Origin: a virus
Reading direction: 5' to 3' (one strand)
Virus record (IMG/VR): IMGVR_UViG_3300019458_000008
Location: 1-63,390 of that record
DNA: 63,390 nucleotides
Translations under genes and position numbers: made by a program
Shown here: one piece after another, positions 34,607 to 42,810 of the stretch
Numbering within the stretch: the stretch's first letter is position 1
Layout of the letters: every line of letters starts with the position of its first letter
The notes under the pieces: model-generated
What the model saw: the letters and a program-made list of their open reading frames with translations, nothing else
What the model was told of the DNA's origin: nothing
The model's database searches: none

Positions 34607-34843
34607 CTAGTTGGCGCCCTTCAGACCACCACTGGCCGTTGCTCGGGAGACGATCAGGATCGTGTCGCCGTCGCGCAGCTCGGCGTTGTCACCGACCTTG
34701 CGGCCGTTGACCGTCACGTCGTATGAGGAACCGTGCGGCGCGAACTTCTCGATGGCATCGCCGACCGAACTAATACCGTCATCGAGCGAGAACTGCTCGA
34801 AGCGCTCTCCCTGGACTACGGAAATCTGTCCATTACTTGCCAT
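34607..34843 (-). CDS. ThiS/MoaD-type ubiquitin-like beta-grasp protein with C-terminal ..SGG-LKGAN
   Basis: 78 aa. ..YDVTVNGRKVGDNAELRDGDTILIVSRATASGG is followed by a 5-residue tail. AAGGAGG lies upstream. Confidence 0.75.
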   Translation of the reverse strand: MASNGQISVVQGERFEQFSLDDGISSVGDAIEKFAPHGSSYDVTVNGRKVGDNAELRDGDTILIVSRATASGGLKGAN

Positions 34844-34956
34844 TTCCTTGTGCCTCCTTGTGAATGTACACGTGTAGATTCAACTATATCTGTTATCTAT
34901 GCATCCCTGCGCCACTCTCGATCCCTCATCAATATCCCATATAATCACCCTCTCTC

Positions 34957-35157
34957 CTAATTCAGGCTGATAAACCGCCCACCGATGGTAGACGTAAGTT
35001 GATCGTGTAACGCGACTTCGATCTTCTCGGACTCCTCGATCTCTCGCCTGATACTGTCCATCCGGCTGACTAAGTGTTCATACTCACTCCGTAGCCAGTG
35101 GGTGTAGCCGCGTTGCTTGGCCAACAGGTCTTCGAGTACGGTGTCAGGTAATGTCAT
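34957..35157 (-). CDS. 66-aa coiled-coil protein of the Ubl operon
   Basis: ORF track gives 34957-35214. The in-frame ATG at 35157 (MTLPDTVLEDLL..) overlaps the E1 stop by 14 nt. Confidence 0.5.
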   Translation of the reverse strand: MTLPDTVLEDLLAKQRGYTHWLRSEYEHLVSRMDSIRREIEESEKIEVALHDQLTSTIGGRFISLN

Positions 35158-35833
35158 GATCGCTGTCCTCCTCCCCATATTGCAGCCTATTGATTTCCAT
35201 ATTCGTTCCGACATGCCAGACCAGCATCTTCGGTAGCTTCATGCCCCGGCACCAGTTGTTAATCCAGCATGTAACCTGAGATGCAACCCACATTCCCATG
35301 AACGCTGTCCCCTCCGTACCACATGGGACATCGGGAACGTCCTCTTCACGAGGCAGTGCACCGAGATACTCAGGGATTTGTTCTGGCGTTGCTGAACAAA
35401 GCACGGCGTTCTCCCCCTGTGCTCGGGTATCAATGAACAGTGGAATATTATGTTTCATACTCCACTTAGCAATTGCAGCCCTTCCATCCAGTGTATCAAC
35501 ACATGAGATCACAGCTCCCACGTTCGTAGGAGCCGACTGGTGGGGGAATAGCTCCGCGTAACTCTTGAGAGATAGGCCAAACAGTGACTGTTCCAGACAC
35601 TGGCCTTTGCGGAGGCCGATGTTCTCCTCTATGTATGCCTGGACTCCGACGTTCACATCCTCGACCATATCATCTCCATCGAAGATATGGACTTGCCTGA
35701 CAGCCCGTGATAGCGCATGGGCTGACCACGATCCAAGCATACCCGCACCCGCGATAATGACCTCCATTGCTGCCATGCGTGGGTGGACAATCTGGTGCTG
35801 CCGCTCATGTAGAATCCCTTGTAGCAATGGCAT
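35144..35833 (-). CDS. minimal E1-like ThiF/MoeB-family adenylyltransferase
   Basis: ..VIIAGAGMLGS.. Rossmann loop, ..IFDGDDMVEDVNVGVQ.., ..VISCVDTLDGRAAIA.., ..PCGTEGTAFMGMWVAS.. Confidence 0.75.
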   Translation of the reverse strand: MPLLQGILHERQHQIVHPRMAAMEVIIAGAGMLGSWSAHALSRAVRQVHIFDGDDMVEDVNVGVQAYIEENIGLRKGQCLEQSLFGLSLKSYAELFPHQSAPTNVGAVISCVDTLDGRAAIAKWSMKHNIPLFIDTRAQGENAVLCSATPEQIPEYLGALPREEDVPDVPCGTEGTAFMGMWVASQVTCWINNWCRGMKLPKMLVWHVGTNMEINRLQYGEEDSDHDIT

Positions 35834-35835
35834 CT

Positions 35836-36990
35836 TTACTTCCCCTTCCGTGCTGCCCGCTGCTTACGCCGACCGCCGGCATTCTGCATGTTATCATTAT
35901 CCTTCCACCGGATAACCTTCTCGTCCTTGTTCAAGTACGCATGCGAGGGATCCTTATGGCTCCCGCTCAGTACGCACTGGTTCCCCTTAAATGAGGCTTT
36001 GCAACGCCCGGCCTGCATCGTATCCTGTTGGTATTGCTGCTGCCCTTTACCCGGCTCGAACGTTTCGTACTCATCCTTGTCCTGCGAGGACCACCATAGA
36101 TGCTGTGGGCTACTGTGTCCCTGTGGTAACATACAGCCTCGAAATCCTCCTGTACTGTTGACCCACCCGACCTGACATAACGACTTCCGATCACGGGCTG
36201 TGATCCGGCCGTTGCCCCGCTTGAACATCTGGATCAAGTCATCCATATCCTCATCCGTAAGGACAACTCCAGCCATGTCAGCATATGCAGCAGCCGCAGC
36301 TTTCGCATCCTCGTCATCCATATCATCGATAGTCTCGTCATCCAGTGACGTATCGTTGATATTATCCACCTGTCGTTTGATACATTGCTGACAGCAGCAA
36401 GCGTCAGCGTGTTTCGAGAACTGTAATGGATAGGTCTTCCGCCGCACATCTTTCAGTTGTTCATCAATCTCCCTATCCAAGTAGGCGAGGTCTGGTGGCT
36501 CAACTGACGGTATGACAGTAGCCCTTAAGTGCAGTGGCTCACGGACAATGAGCCAGCTAGTCATTTCCATCTTCGTATTGACAACCAGCCCAATCATCCA
36601 TGACAACTGCTCCTCACGGAGCAAGTCCCACAACTGTTCCGTATCAGTATTCGATGGTGATGTGCCCATTGAGGCATGGGAGTGCCAGATCCCCCGCCAG
36701 ATACTCCACAATGAGGTCTGCTCCTGCTGTGCAGTCTCGTTTGCTAGCTCGACAAGGTACTTGTGGAAGTCCTTAGCCCCCACATCGAAGTGGGCGCTTT
36801 GTACTTCTTGTGGTGGAATCCGAATATCCGTTGCACGGAAGTACGTATCTGTATTGTCAGCATTATCGGCCGGCTGAACTCGCTCGATGCGGAGTAGGCC
36901 GCCGACCTCTAGTGTTTTATCATGTAGAACTGCCCGCCGGATTTTATATGCCGTCTCTTGCGTAATGTGTAGTTCGATATCCGATCCCAT
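35836..36990 (-). CDS. JAB/MPN (JAMM) metalloprotease with about 230-aa C-terminal extension
   Basis: E28 (..LEVGG..) and H103-S-H105-x7-S113-x2-D116 (WHSHASMGTSPSNTD). Confidence 0.8.
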   Translation of the reverse strand: MGSDIELHITQETAYKIRRAVLHDKTLEVGGLLRIERVQPADNADNTDTYFRATDIRIPPQEVQSAHFDVGAKDFHKYLVELANETAQQEQTSLWSIWRGIWHSHASMGTSPSNTDTEQLWDLLREEQLSWMIGLVVNTKMEMTSWLIVREPLHLRATVIPSVEPPDLAYLDREIDEQLKDVRRKTYPLQFSKHADACCCQQCIKRQVDNINDTSLDDETIDDMDDEDAKAAAAAYADMAGVVLTDEDMDDLIQMFKRGNGRITARDRKSLCQVGWVNSTGGFRGCMLPQGHSSPQHLWWSSQDKDEYETFEPGKGQQQYQQDTMQAGRCKASFKGNQCVLSGSHKDPSHAYLNKDEKVIRWKDNDNMQNAGGRRKQRAARKGK

Positions 36991-36996
36991 GATATT

Positions 36997-38877
36997 TTAC
37001 TCCTCCACGTCCTGGTCCTCGTAGTTGTAGTCATCATCGTCCGCTAGAACTTGTGATACTTCGGCCGCCGGTGTCGAATCCGGTATACGCCGATAGTCAA
37101 TATCCGGATGTTCATCCAGCCACGTATGTAAACGTTCAGTTGACTCCGTATCCGGCGGTAACTCTAGGTCGTATTCCCTACTAGGAAAGCATAAGGTTAA
37201 TAAGCACGACCGGCATATGGCCGCACTCTGCCAAGGGGTACTTCTATCTATGTAAATATTAGGAATAAAGCGGTACAGAATATTAAACTGTCTGTTACAC
37301 TCGTTGCATCCTATATCGTATAAATTAGGGACAACGAAGATACTAAAGGTCTCGTGGGGGGGCGATAGGGAAGTTGCCTGTAGTAGCAGTTCAGTCGGGT
37401 AGCTCTCAATACTATATGGCACACACCGACATCTTTTAGAGGCTAAGTTACAACCAGCACATGTAGGCGTATGAGTTTCACTGATACAGAATGTGCATCT
37501 ATGCCTCACCTCCGATAGCGACTGCCGTGCTTGGTATACCGAATTCTGGCCAAAGCAGCCAACACAAGGGCCATTTGCCGGAACGGGTGCTTCGGGAAGC
37601 CCTTCTTCTAGAAATATCCTATCCCACCAAGCGGGAGTTGGTGGATAAGGGATTTGATAGCGGTGCTGAGATCTTAGATGCGTAGAGGGGCTGCTGTTAG
37701 TTGATTGTGCGTCTTGTTCCATAGTAATTACACGTTCAGATACAAGGGCAGTGACTGGGACATGCCGGACACGTCGAGTTCGGTTTGATGTGACTACGGT
37801 TACACGCTGGTCTGCTATCCAACGTTCCCACGTAGGTGTCATATACCGTGGTGTCTTGAATAGTGATGCCCAACCTGTGGTCTGGAACTGACCACTTAGC
37901 TGACTGTTCCGATCCCAGCCGTACCGCCAACGTTCCATTATACTGACAACACCGCGTAGATCACCTGCTTGGAACAGATTGTCTATAAGCCGTTCAACTG
38001 ATTCGCCGCTAATGCTTCGTCCGAAGCAAATAGTATCCGAAGCATGTGGATGAAGTAGGCTCCCATCATCGTTGGTTGGATAGGGAGTGACTGTCGCGTC
38101 GTGTGGCTGAAACAGAAACTCTGTAATCGAGGTCATGTACGCACCACGCTCATAAACCAGCAATACTGGACGGAAGGCTACGTATAGAGAATTGGGTGGA
38201 ATATGCAGCTGGAACCTACCGTTGTTCGCGTGATTGTATTCACCAAGGGACGGGGGACAGTTACTTACTTCACCTTCATCATGTCCCCGCGTAGCCCAAT
38301 GGAGCACTTCTTCATTGTCAGCGAAGAACTCGGTTAATGCAGCCCGATCAAGATAGCGTTCAGTATTACCTAATGCGGACATTTGATTAATATTATGCAA
38401 AAGCAAATCCCGTTCCCGCTGACACTGCTCTTGATTTGCATCTCTCTGGGCTATGTATGCTCGATAGGTGTCCACTCGGTCTGCCAGCCTGCCTTGGGCA
38501 GATTGGGGCAGTATACTTAAAACTAATGCGGTGTGCTCGGGCGGCCCACTGCCATCACTATCATATACAGGAGCCTCCTCGCCTCGGTGTACGACAAAAG
38601 TTGTCGGGCTTAGCATGCTTACAACTAGGCTAGTGTCAGCATCAAGGATTGGTCGAAGAGTGCGAGTGATTCGCCGTGCAATTGCCCGCGCTGTCCGCAA
38701 ACGTCCAGTATTTGTGCGTATAGCCTCCTTAATGTCGATGATCTCATTTGTTTCGAGATTTACTATGTTTATGTAGGGCCCCATGAACCCGGGCGCAATC
38801 CTGTCGCTAACTGCGCGCAAATCCCGAGTCGCACGCATGGGGGTAAATCGTTGAGTTTCCGATTGAACTCTTGGCAT
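36997..38877 (-). CDS. large E2 (UBC)-like protein with Cys-rich zinc-finger-like C-terminal region
   Basis: ..TPYPTNDDGSLLHPHASDTICFG.. (HPH 276-278, Cys284 codon at 38026-38028). Residues about 455-560 carry CxxC/CxC pairs (CVGC, CTFC, CAGC, CRC, CNEC, CRSC). Confidence 0.6.
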   Translation of the reverse strand: MPRVQSETQRFTPMRATRDLRAVSDRIAPGFMGPYINIVNLETNEIIDIKEAIRTNTGRLRTARAIARRITRTLRPILDADTSLVVSMLSPTTFVVHRGEEAPVYDSDGSGPPEHTALVLSILPQSAQGRLADRVDTYRAYIAQRDANQEQCQRERDLLLHNINQMSALGNTERYLDRAALTEFFADNEEVLHWATRGHDEGEVSNCPPSLGEYNHANNGRFQLHIPPNSLYVAFRPVLLVYERGAYMTSITEFLFQPHDATVTPYPTNDDGSLLHPHASDTICFGRSISGESVERLIDNLFQAGDLRGVVSIMERWRYGWDRNSQLSGQFQTTGWASLFKTPRYMTPTWERWIADQRVTVVTSNRTRRVRHVPVTALVSERVITMEQDAQSTNSSPSTHLRSQHRYQIPYPPTPAWWDRIFLEEGLPEAPVPANGPCVGCFGQNSVYQARQSLSEVRHRCTFCISETHTPTCAGCNLASKRCRCVPYSIESYPTELLLQATSLSPPHETFSIFVVPNLYDIGCNECNRQFNILYRFIPNIYIDRSTPWQSAAICRSCLLTLCFPSREYDLELPPDTESTERLHTWLDEHPDIDYRRIPDSTPAAEVSQVLADDDDYNYEDQDVEE

Positions 38878-38909
38878 AACTTTGTACCCCCTCTATCCCC
38901 TTCTATCCC

Positions 38910-39209
38910 CTACAGTCCGTCCTCAATTTGCTGCCAGATTGCCGTAACATCCGGCGGCTCCTCGTGTCGTATGGCCAATGGCTCCTTGCCAATAAGCCGT
39001 ACTACCTTGCCCTTATGCAACAAGTTGAGCAGCAGAATCCGCTCGGCCCCAGGGATCAGTGACCTTTGGACTTGCGTAACAGTACGGTGAATGTGGTTGC
39101 CCCACATATCATCGTCAACGCGGATAACTCCGAATCGGGGATCGAGTGCCTGTATCACGTCAACCATTTTTCCTGTACCTCCTACTAGGATATTAGTTAC
39201 TTCCACCAC
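38910..39209 (-). CDS. hypothetical protein
   Basis: 99-aa ORF with a GTG start. Confidence 0.55.
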   Translation of the reverse strand: MVEVTNILVGGTGKMVDVIQALDPRFGVIRVDDDMWGNHIHRTVTQVQRSLIPGAERILLLNLLHKGKVVRLIGKEPLAIRHEEPPDVTAIWQQIEDGL

Positions 39210-39319
39210 GTTCGGATCATGTACCAGAGGCCGACTAACCAGCCGCTAATACTTGTACTGAACATAATCAGTCCGTCAATGTCAATCGGATGCGTACTGC
39301 CGTGAAACCACTCGATCAT
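39197..39319 (-). CDS. 40-aa hydrophobic peptide
   Basis: Not in the ORF track. Sequence is MIEWFHGSTHPIDIDGLIMFSTSISGWLVGLWYMIRTWWK. Its start forms an ATGA overlap with the upstream stop. Confidence 0.45.
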   Translation of the reverse strand: MIEWFHGSTHPIDIDGLIMFSTSISGWLVGLWYMIRTWWK

Positions 39320-39711
39320 ACTGAGCAATTCTCCGTACGCCACAATCCATACTCATCTCCATTGCGAACCTTATGTGCTATCTCGGTAAAGGATAGCCGG
39401 TAGACATCGTTATCACGGTCTAAGCTAGCCTCCTCTTTGTAGAAGGTATATTCCCCTCTTACACCTACTAATCCCAACCAATCTTTAACGATTATCGGCA
39501 GTTGATATTGCGATTCTAGTACAATACCAGTCAGTAACTCCTCTCCTTCCTCTCTTCGAAAGACCTCACAAGCTACCCCCAAACAGCAGTGTTCATTACC
39601 CCTCCGAAGCCTCCCGTATCCTTGCGTATACTCCCCGCTTTCCAAGGCTTCCGCCCAGGCCATTCGTGCTTGCTCAGGAGTCAGCTTAAACTTCATCATA
39701 GCGATTTCCAC
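39316..39711 (-). CDS. hypothetical protein
   Basis: 131-aa ORF with ..WAEALESGEYTQGYGRLRRGNEHCCLGVACEV.. Confidence 0.6.
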   Translation of the reverse strand: MEIAMMKFKLTPEQARMAWAEALESGEYTQGYGRLRRGNEHCCLGVACEVFRREEGEELLTGIVLESQYQLPIIVKDWLGLVGVRGEYTFYKEEASLDRDNDVYRLSFTEIAHKVRNGDEYGLWRTENCSV

Positions 39712-40007
39712 CCCCGTCCAGAATATGACCTGAAGGCTCGTTTACCCCTCCTTAGTTCCTCAATGCAAGCATCACATAGATCGCTGGTCACTTCGCGCCG
39801 CGCCCATATTTCCTCGCCATCGCTGTCCATATCCCGTGTGATCTCTCCCTCTGGCGTTCGTATGAGCTTCGACACCTTCGTCCGTATCGCAGGCCGAAGC
39901 TCGCCCTTGGTTGCGAGCGTACCGCAGCCTTTGCATTTCGCCATATTATCCGTCCGTCCTTCTGGCCGCTGCTCTGAGGCCAGGGTTAGCTTACCCCGAA
40001 TCGGCAC
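39696..40007 (-). CDS. small zinc-ribbon-like protein
   Basis: CKGC .. CDAC. The likely start is MAKCKGC, about 21 codons in. Confidence 0.5.
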   Translation of the reverse strand: MPIRGKLTLASEQRPEGRTDNMAKCKGCGTLATKGELRPAIRTKVSKLIRTPEGEITRDMDSDGEEIWARREVTSDLCDACIEELRRGKRAFRSYSGRGWKSL

Positions 40008-40070
40008 GGCTTGTCAACCCCCAATTTTCGAGCTTCGCATGATCACATATCAGCTCCGCTGACACGTCTG

Positions 40071-40337
40071 CTATCCAGATAGCAGCCCCTTTTCACGGGC
40101 AAGTGCCATGCCCTTGTCAAAGTTACGTGGTCCGACTCCGCTCTTGTGTACTCGTATAATGCCGAGCCCCTTCTGTACGACGTATCCAACACCATCGCAG
40201 CCCCACGTAGAGCCGGGTGATGACTGCCGGAAGCATTGTAGGATATCGTGCGCCCGCTGTACGCGACTGTCGAAGGCAGACTCCGGCACAGTACGTTCCG
40301 TGTATACGACTATTCCAGCTCCATACGTAACATCCAT
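40071..40337 (-). CDS. hypothetical protein (first gene of the leftward arm)
   Basis: ORF track gives 40071-40349. The ATG at 40337 (MDVTYGAG..) follows GAGGAGG. Confidence 0.55.
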   Translation of the reverse strand: MDVTYGAGIVVYTERTVPESAFDSRVQRAHDILQCFRQSSPGSTWGCDGVGYVVQKGLGIIRVHKSGVGPRNFDKGMALAREKGLLSG

Positions 40338-40458
40338 ATTGCAGACCAACCTCCTCGCGTCTGTATCCCATATCCCATACTAAGGGAGAATGGCCTCCCG
40401 TAGTCACGGGTCGTGGCGCCGCTACCTTACATACAATATTAAGGGACGTAGACTCCAT

Positions 40459-40477
40459 ATCATACCGATATAGTCAA
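40459..40477 (-). promoter_or_regulatory. weaker promoter-like motif TTGACTATATCGGTATGAT (same N7 spacing)
   Basis: Lies at the head of the leftward arm and shares the TTGAC(A/T)-N7-TAT(A/G)AT architecture. Confidence 0.4.
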
Positions 40478-41028
40478 CTCTAGGGCACTCGCCGTGTCTA
40501 TGGGAAGGCCGTTCCTCCCGTAGGCCATATGCGCTAAGAGCCGATGCCGACTCCTGGTCGCTCTGGCCCGAAAACAAAAACGCTGACCCCTTTTGGATTC
40601 GTTACAGCGGCCTCATATGAGCGAGGCTCGTAGTTGCCCAATGTCCCCTACCTCCTATCTCGCCTGTATGTCTGTTCGTATCCTAGTCACGTGCCAATGT
40701 ATCGTCTATATCATACTACCGATCGTCCAGTACGCGCCCTCGCGCATAGTGTCGCGCTACATTGACATCTCATATGCGCGAACGGTATCGCCGTTCTGTA
40801 ACGTTCGAAAGTATCCCCCGTTCAGGGGTTCAGGGTATCGCCATCCGGTCGATAATGCTGGTGAGAGTGACAGCCATAGTGAACGGCTCTCAGATTCCGG
40901 CAAGGGCCGGAAGCGAACCTGAATAACCGAATATTGCAGATTCGATGATTGCGAGGTTATCGCCATATCGTAGGCATGGCAAGCCAACCTATCGGTAGGT
41001 TTACGATTCATGCATAGGAGTATCTACA

Positions 41029-41511
41029 ATGGCATCCGAAGGTAAGCCTCAAACGCTCGAATCACTGCTAGCTGACTTTGTAGTCGCCAGTAACGAGCGT
41101 ATGGGCAAGATCGAATCGACGCTGGAAAGGCTCGCCACTCGCAAGACTGCGAAGCGTTCCGGCAAGGCAGCGCCGAAGGTCAAGTATGACCTTGGCCTAG
41201 GGCCGTTCATGCCCTCCAAGGGCATACCGTCCGCCAAGGGCATGGCCAAGGTCAAGGCGTGGGCCACAAATGGCGACGTTGCCCGCCTCCGCGAATATGC
41301 GGGTATCGGCCCATCTGTCAAAGGCAAGGACGAACCCGCCCGCGTTGCCGTGTTCGAACCTAACCGCCTGTTGGCCCAGCGTATCGTGGAAAAGGCGTTT
41401 GACGAAGAGGGTAAGCCCCTCTCCAAGTACATGACGCCGATCACGACACGCGACGCAACGCCAGAGGCGAAGGCCAGCCGGAAGCGAGGCGGGAAGGCCG
41501 CTAGCAAGTAA
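41029..41511 (+). CDS. basic hypothetical protein
   Basis: 160-aa Lys/Ala-rich ORF with GGAG upstream. Confidence 0.6.
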   Translation: MASEGKPQTLESLLADFVVASNERMGKIESTLERLATRKTAKRSGKAAPKVKYDLGLGPFMPSKGIPSAKGMAKVKAWATNGDVARLREYAGIGPSVKGKDEPARVAVFEPNRLLAQRIVEKAFDEEGKPLSKYMTPITTRDATPEAKASRKRGGKAASK

Positions 41512-41582
41512 GTAGGGACACGCGACCAGGGGCAGGGAAGCCCCATCACACCACCACGACATGAATAGGAGATTATCGAATC

Positions 41583-41774
41583 ATGGACTCACGCATAGGT
41601 AATCAATGCCTTGATTGCGGTCACAAAGGCTTCACAATCAACCAAGGCTGGGCATCATGTCCGAAGTGTCACGGCCATGATATCCACTACTGGAAGGATG
41701 GGGAGCTTCAGGGCGTAGCGCCCATTCAGCGAGCGTACACTACCGGCGACGCTCGCGGCACGACCACGAAATAG
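41583..41774 (+). CDS. small zinc-ribbon protein
   Basis: 63 aa with CLDC .. CPKC. Confidence 0.55.
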   Translation: MDSRIGNQCLDCGHKGFTINQGWASCPKCHGHDIHYWKDGELQGVAPIQRAYTTGDARGTTTK

Positions 41775-41790
41775 GCAACGTTCCCCGCCA

Positions 41791-41832
41791 AGAGAGGCCG
41801 TCCATAATCATACGTGGATGGCCTCTCTCTTT
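41791..41832 (+). terminator. strong stem-loop terminator candidate
   Basis: 14-bp stem AGAGAGGCCGTCCA / TGGATGGCCTCTCT (one G-U pair) with a 10-nt loop, followed by CTTT. It starts 17 nt after the stop codon. Confidence 0.65.
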
Positions 41833-42237
41833 ACCCTGCCTACCTTAACCCTCTCGTAAAGGTTAAACTCCGCTCATAACGTCTCGCTACGGCCCTAATC
41901 TGCCCTACCCCTGTGTCCTTGACTGGCCCATAGGCCGAACGCCCGTCTACGGCTCGCCAGCGGCCAGCGGCAACCCTTCAGTATCGCTACCGTCCTGCTA
42001 CCTGGCCGCATTCTCTCGCGCTGCCAGCTTCGAGCTAGGGAATTGCCAGGGCATCGAGCTAGACTGCCGCTCCGATGGCATGTGAGGCCATGGTATCGCC
42101 TGCCTATTGCGTCTGTTATCGTGCATATCGTAGGTGTCCTGTATCTATGATATTGTAGAACGCCTAGTATATATGGTATTACCTGCTGCCCTCTACTATA
42201 TATGGTAGACCAGCACACCGACCGATACCCCGACGAA

Positions 42238-42256
42238 CGATGATATCATCTATTCG
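42238..42256. repeat. 19-nt direct repeat CGATGATATCATCTATTCG, copy 1
   Basis: Identical copy at 42311-42329. Lies in non-coding DNA. Confidence 0.9.
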
Positions 42257-42310
42257 CTACCAGGACGCACATTTAGAGCCCCCCGAAGCCCTCCCCCTCC
42301 ACTGTATCAT

Positions 42311-42329
42311 CGATGATATCATCTATTCG
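42311..42329. repeat. 19-nt direct repeat, copy 2
   Basis: Identical to 42238-42256. Confidence 0.9.
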
Positions 42330-42701
42330 GTAGACCGCCAGCCTATATCATATATAATATCATCGGCCCCCTCCCCCCTCCCCAGCTGGCCGCCCATATC
42401 ATATATCATCGATAAGGGGGCCGGGTTGGGTCGCGGCTGATGGAGAGGGTTGCTAATAACAGCACAGATGTTTTTAGGATTTTGAAATCGATGATATTAC
42501 TGCTAATCTGTGTAGACGATATGACAGATAATATCGGCAGATAACATCACCAGTCAGCGGCCGGGCAGACAGGCGGGTAGATACCGGAATCGTTGTTCGT
42601 CTATATCTCTGACCTGCGATATCTCCGTTCCGGCATCCGAGATGGCGGCCGCTCTGCATTCCCACTGCATTCCGATAATTATATATAGGCCGACGGAGAA
42701 T

Positions 42702-42803
42702 GGATAGGATGACGATCATTTTCTACTATACGTAGAAACACAGAACAATCGTTCTATAATAAGTACTATTATCGTATAATGGAAAATGATCGTCATCCTA
42801 TCC
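42702..42803. repeat. 22-bp perfect inverted repeat (arms 42702-42723 and 42782-42803) around a 58-nt AT-rich spacer
   Basis: GGATAGGATGACGATCATTTTC pairs with GAAAATGATCGTCATCCTATCC. Confidence 0.9.
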
Positions 42804-42810
42804 AATGTCC

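Noticed and set aside
40123-40458. 111-aa ORF at the head of the leftward arm
   Set aside because: It has an Arg/Trp/Cys-rich composition and overlaps the more protein-like 40071-40337 ORF out of frame. It is probably not coding.
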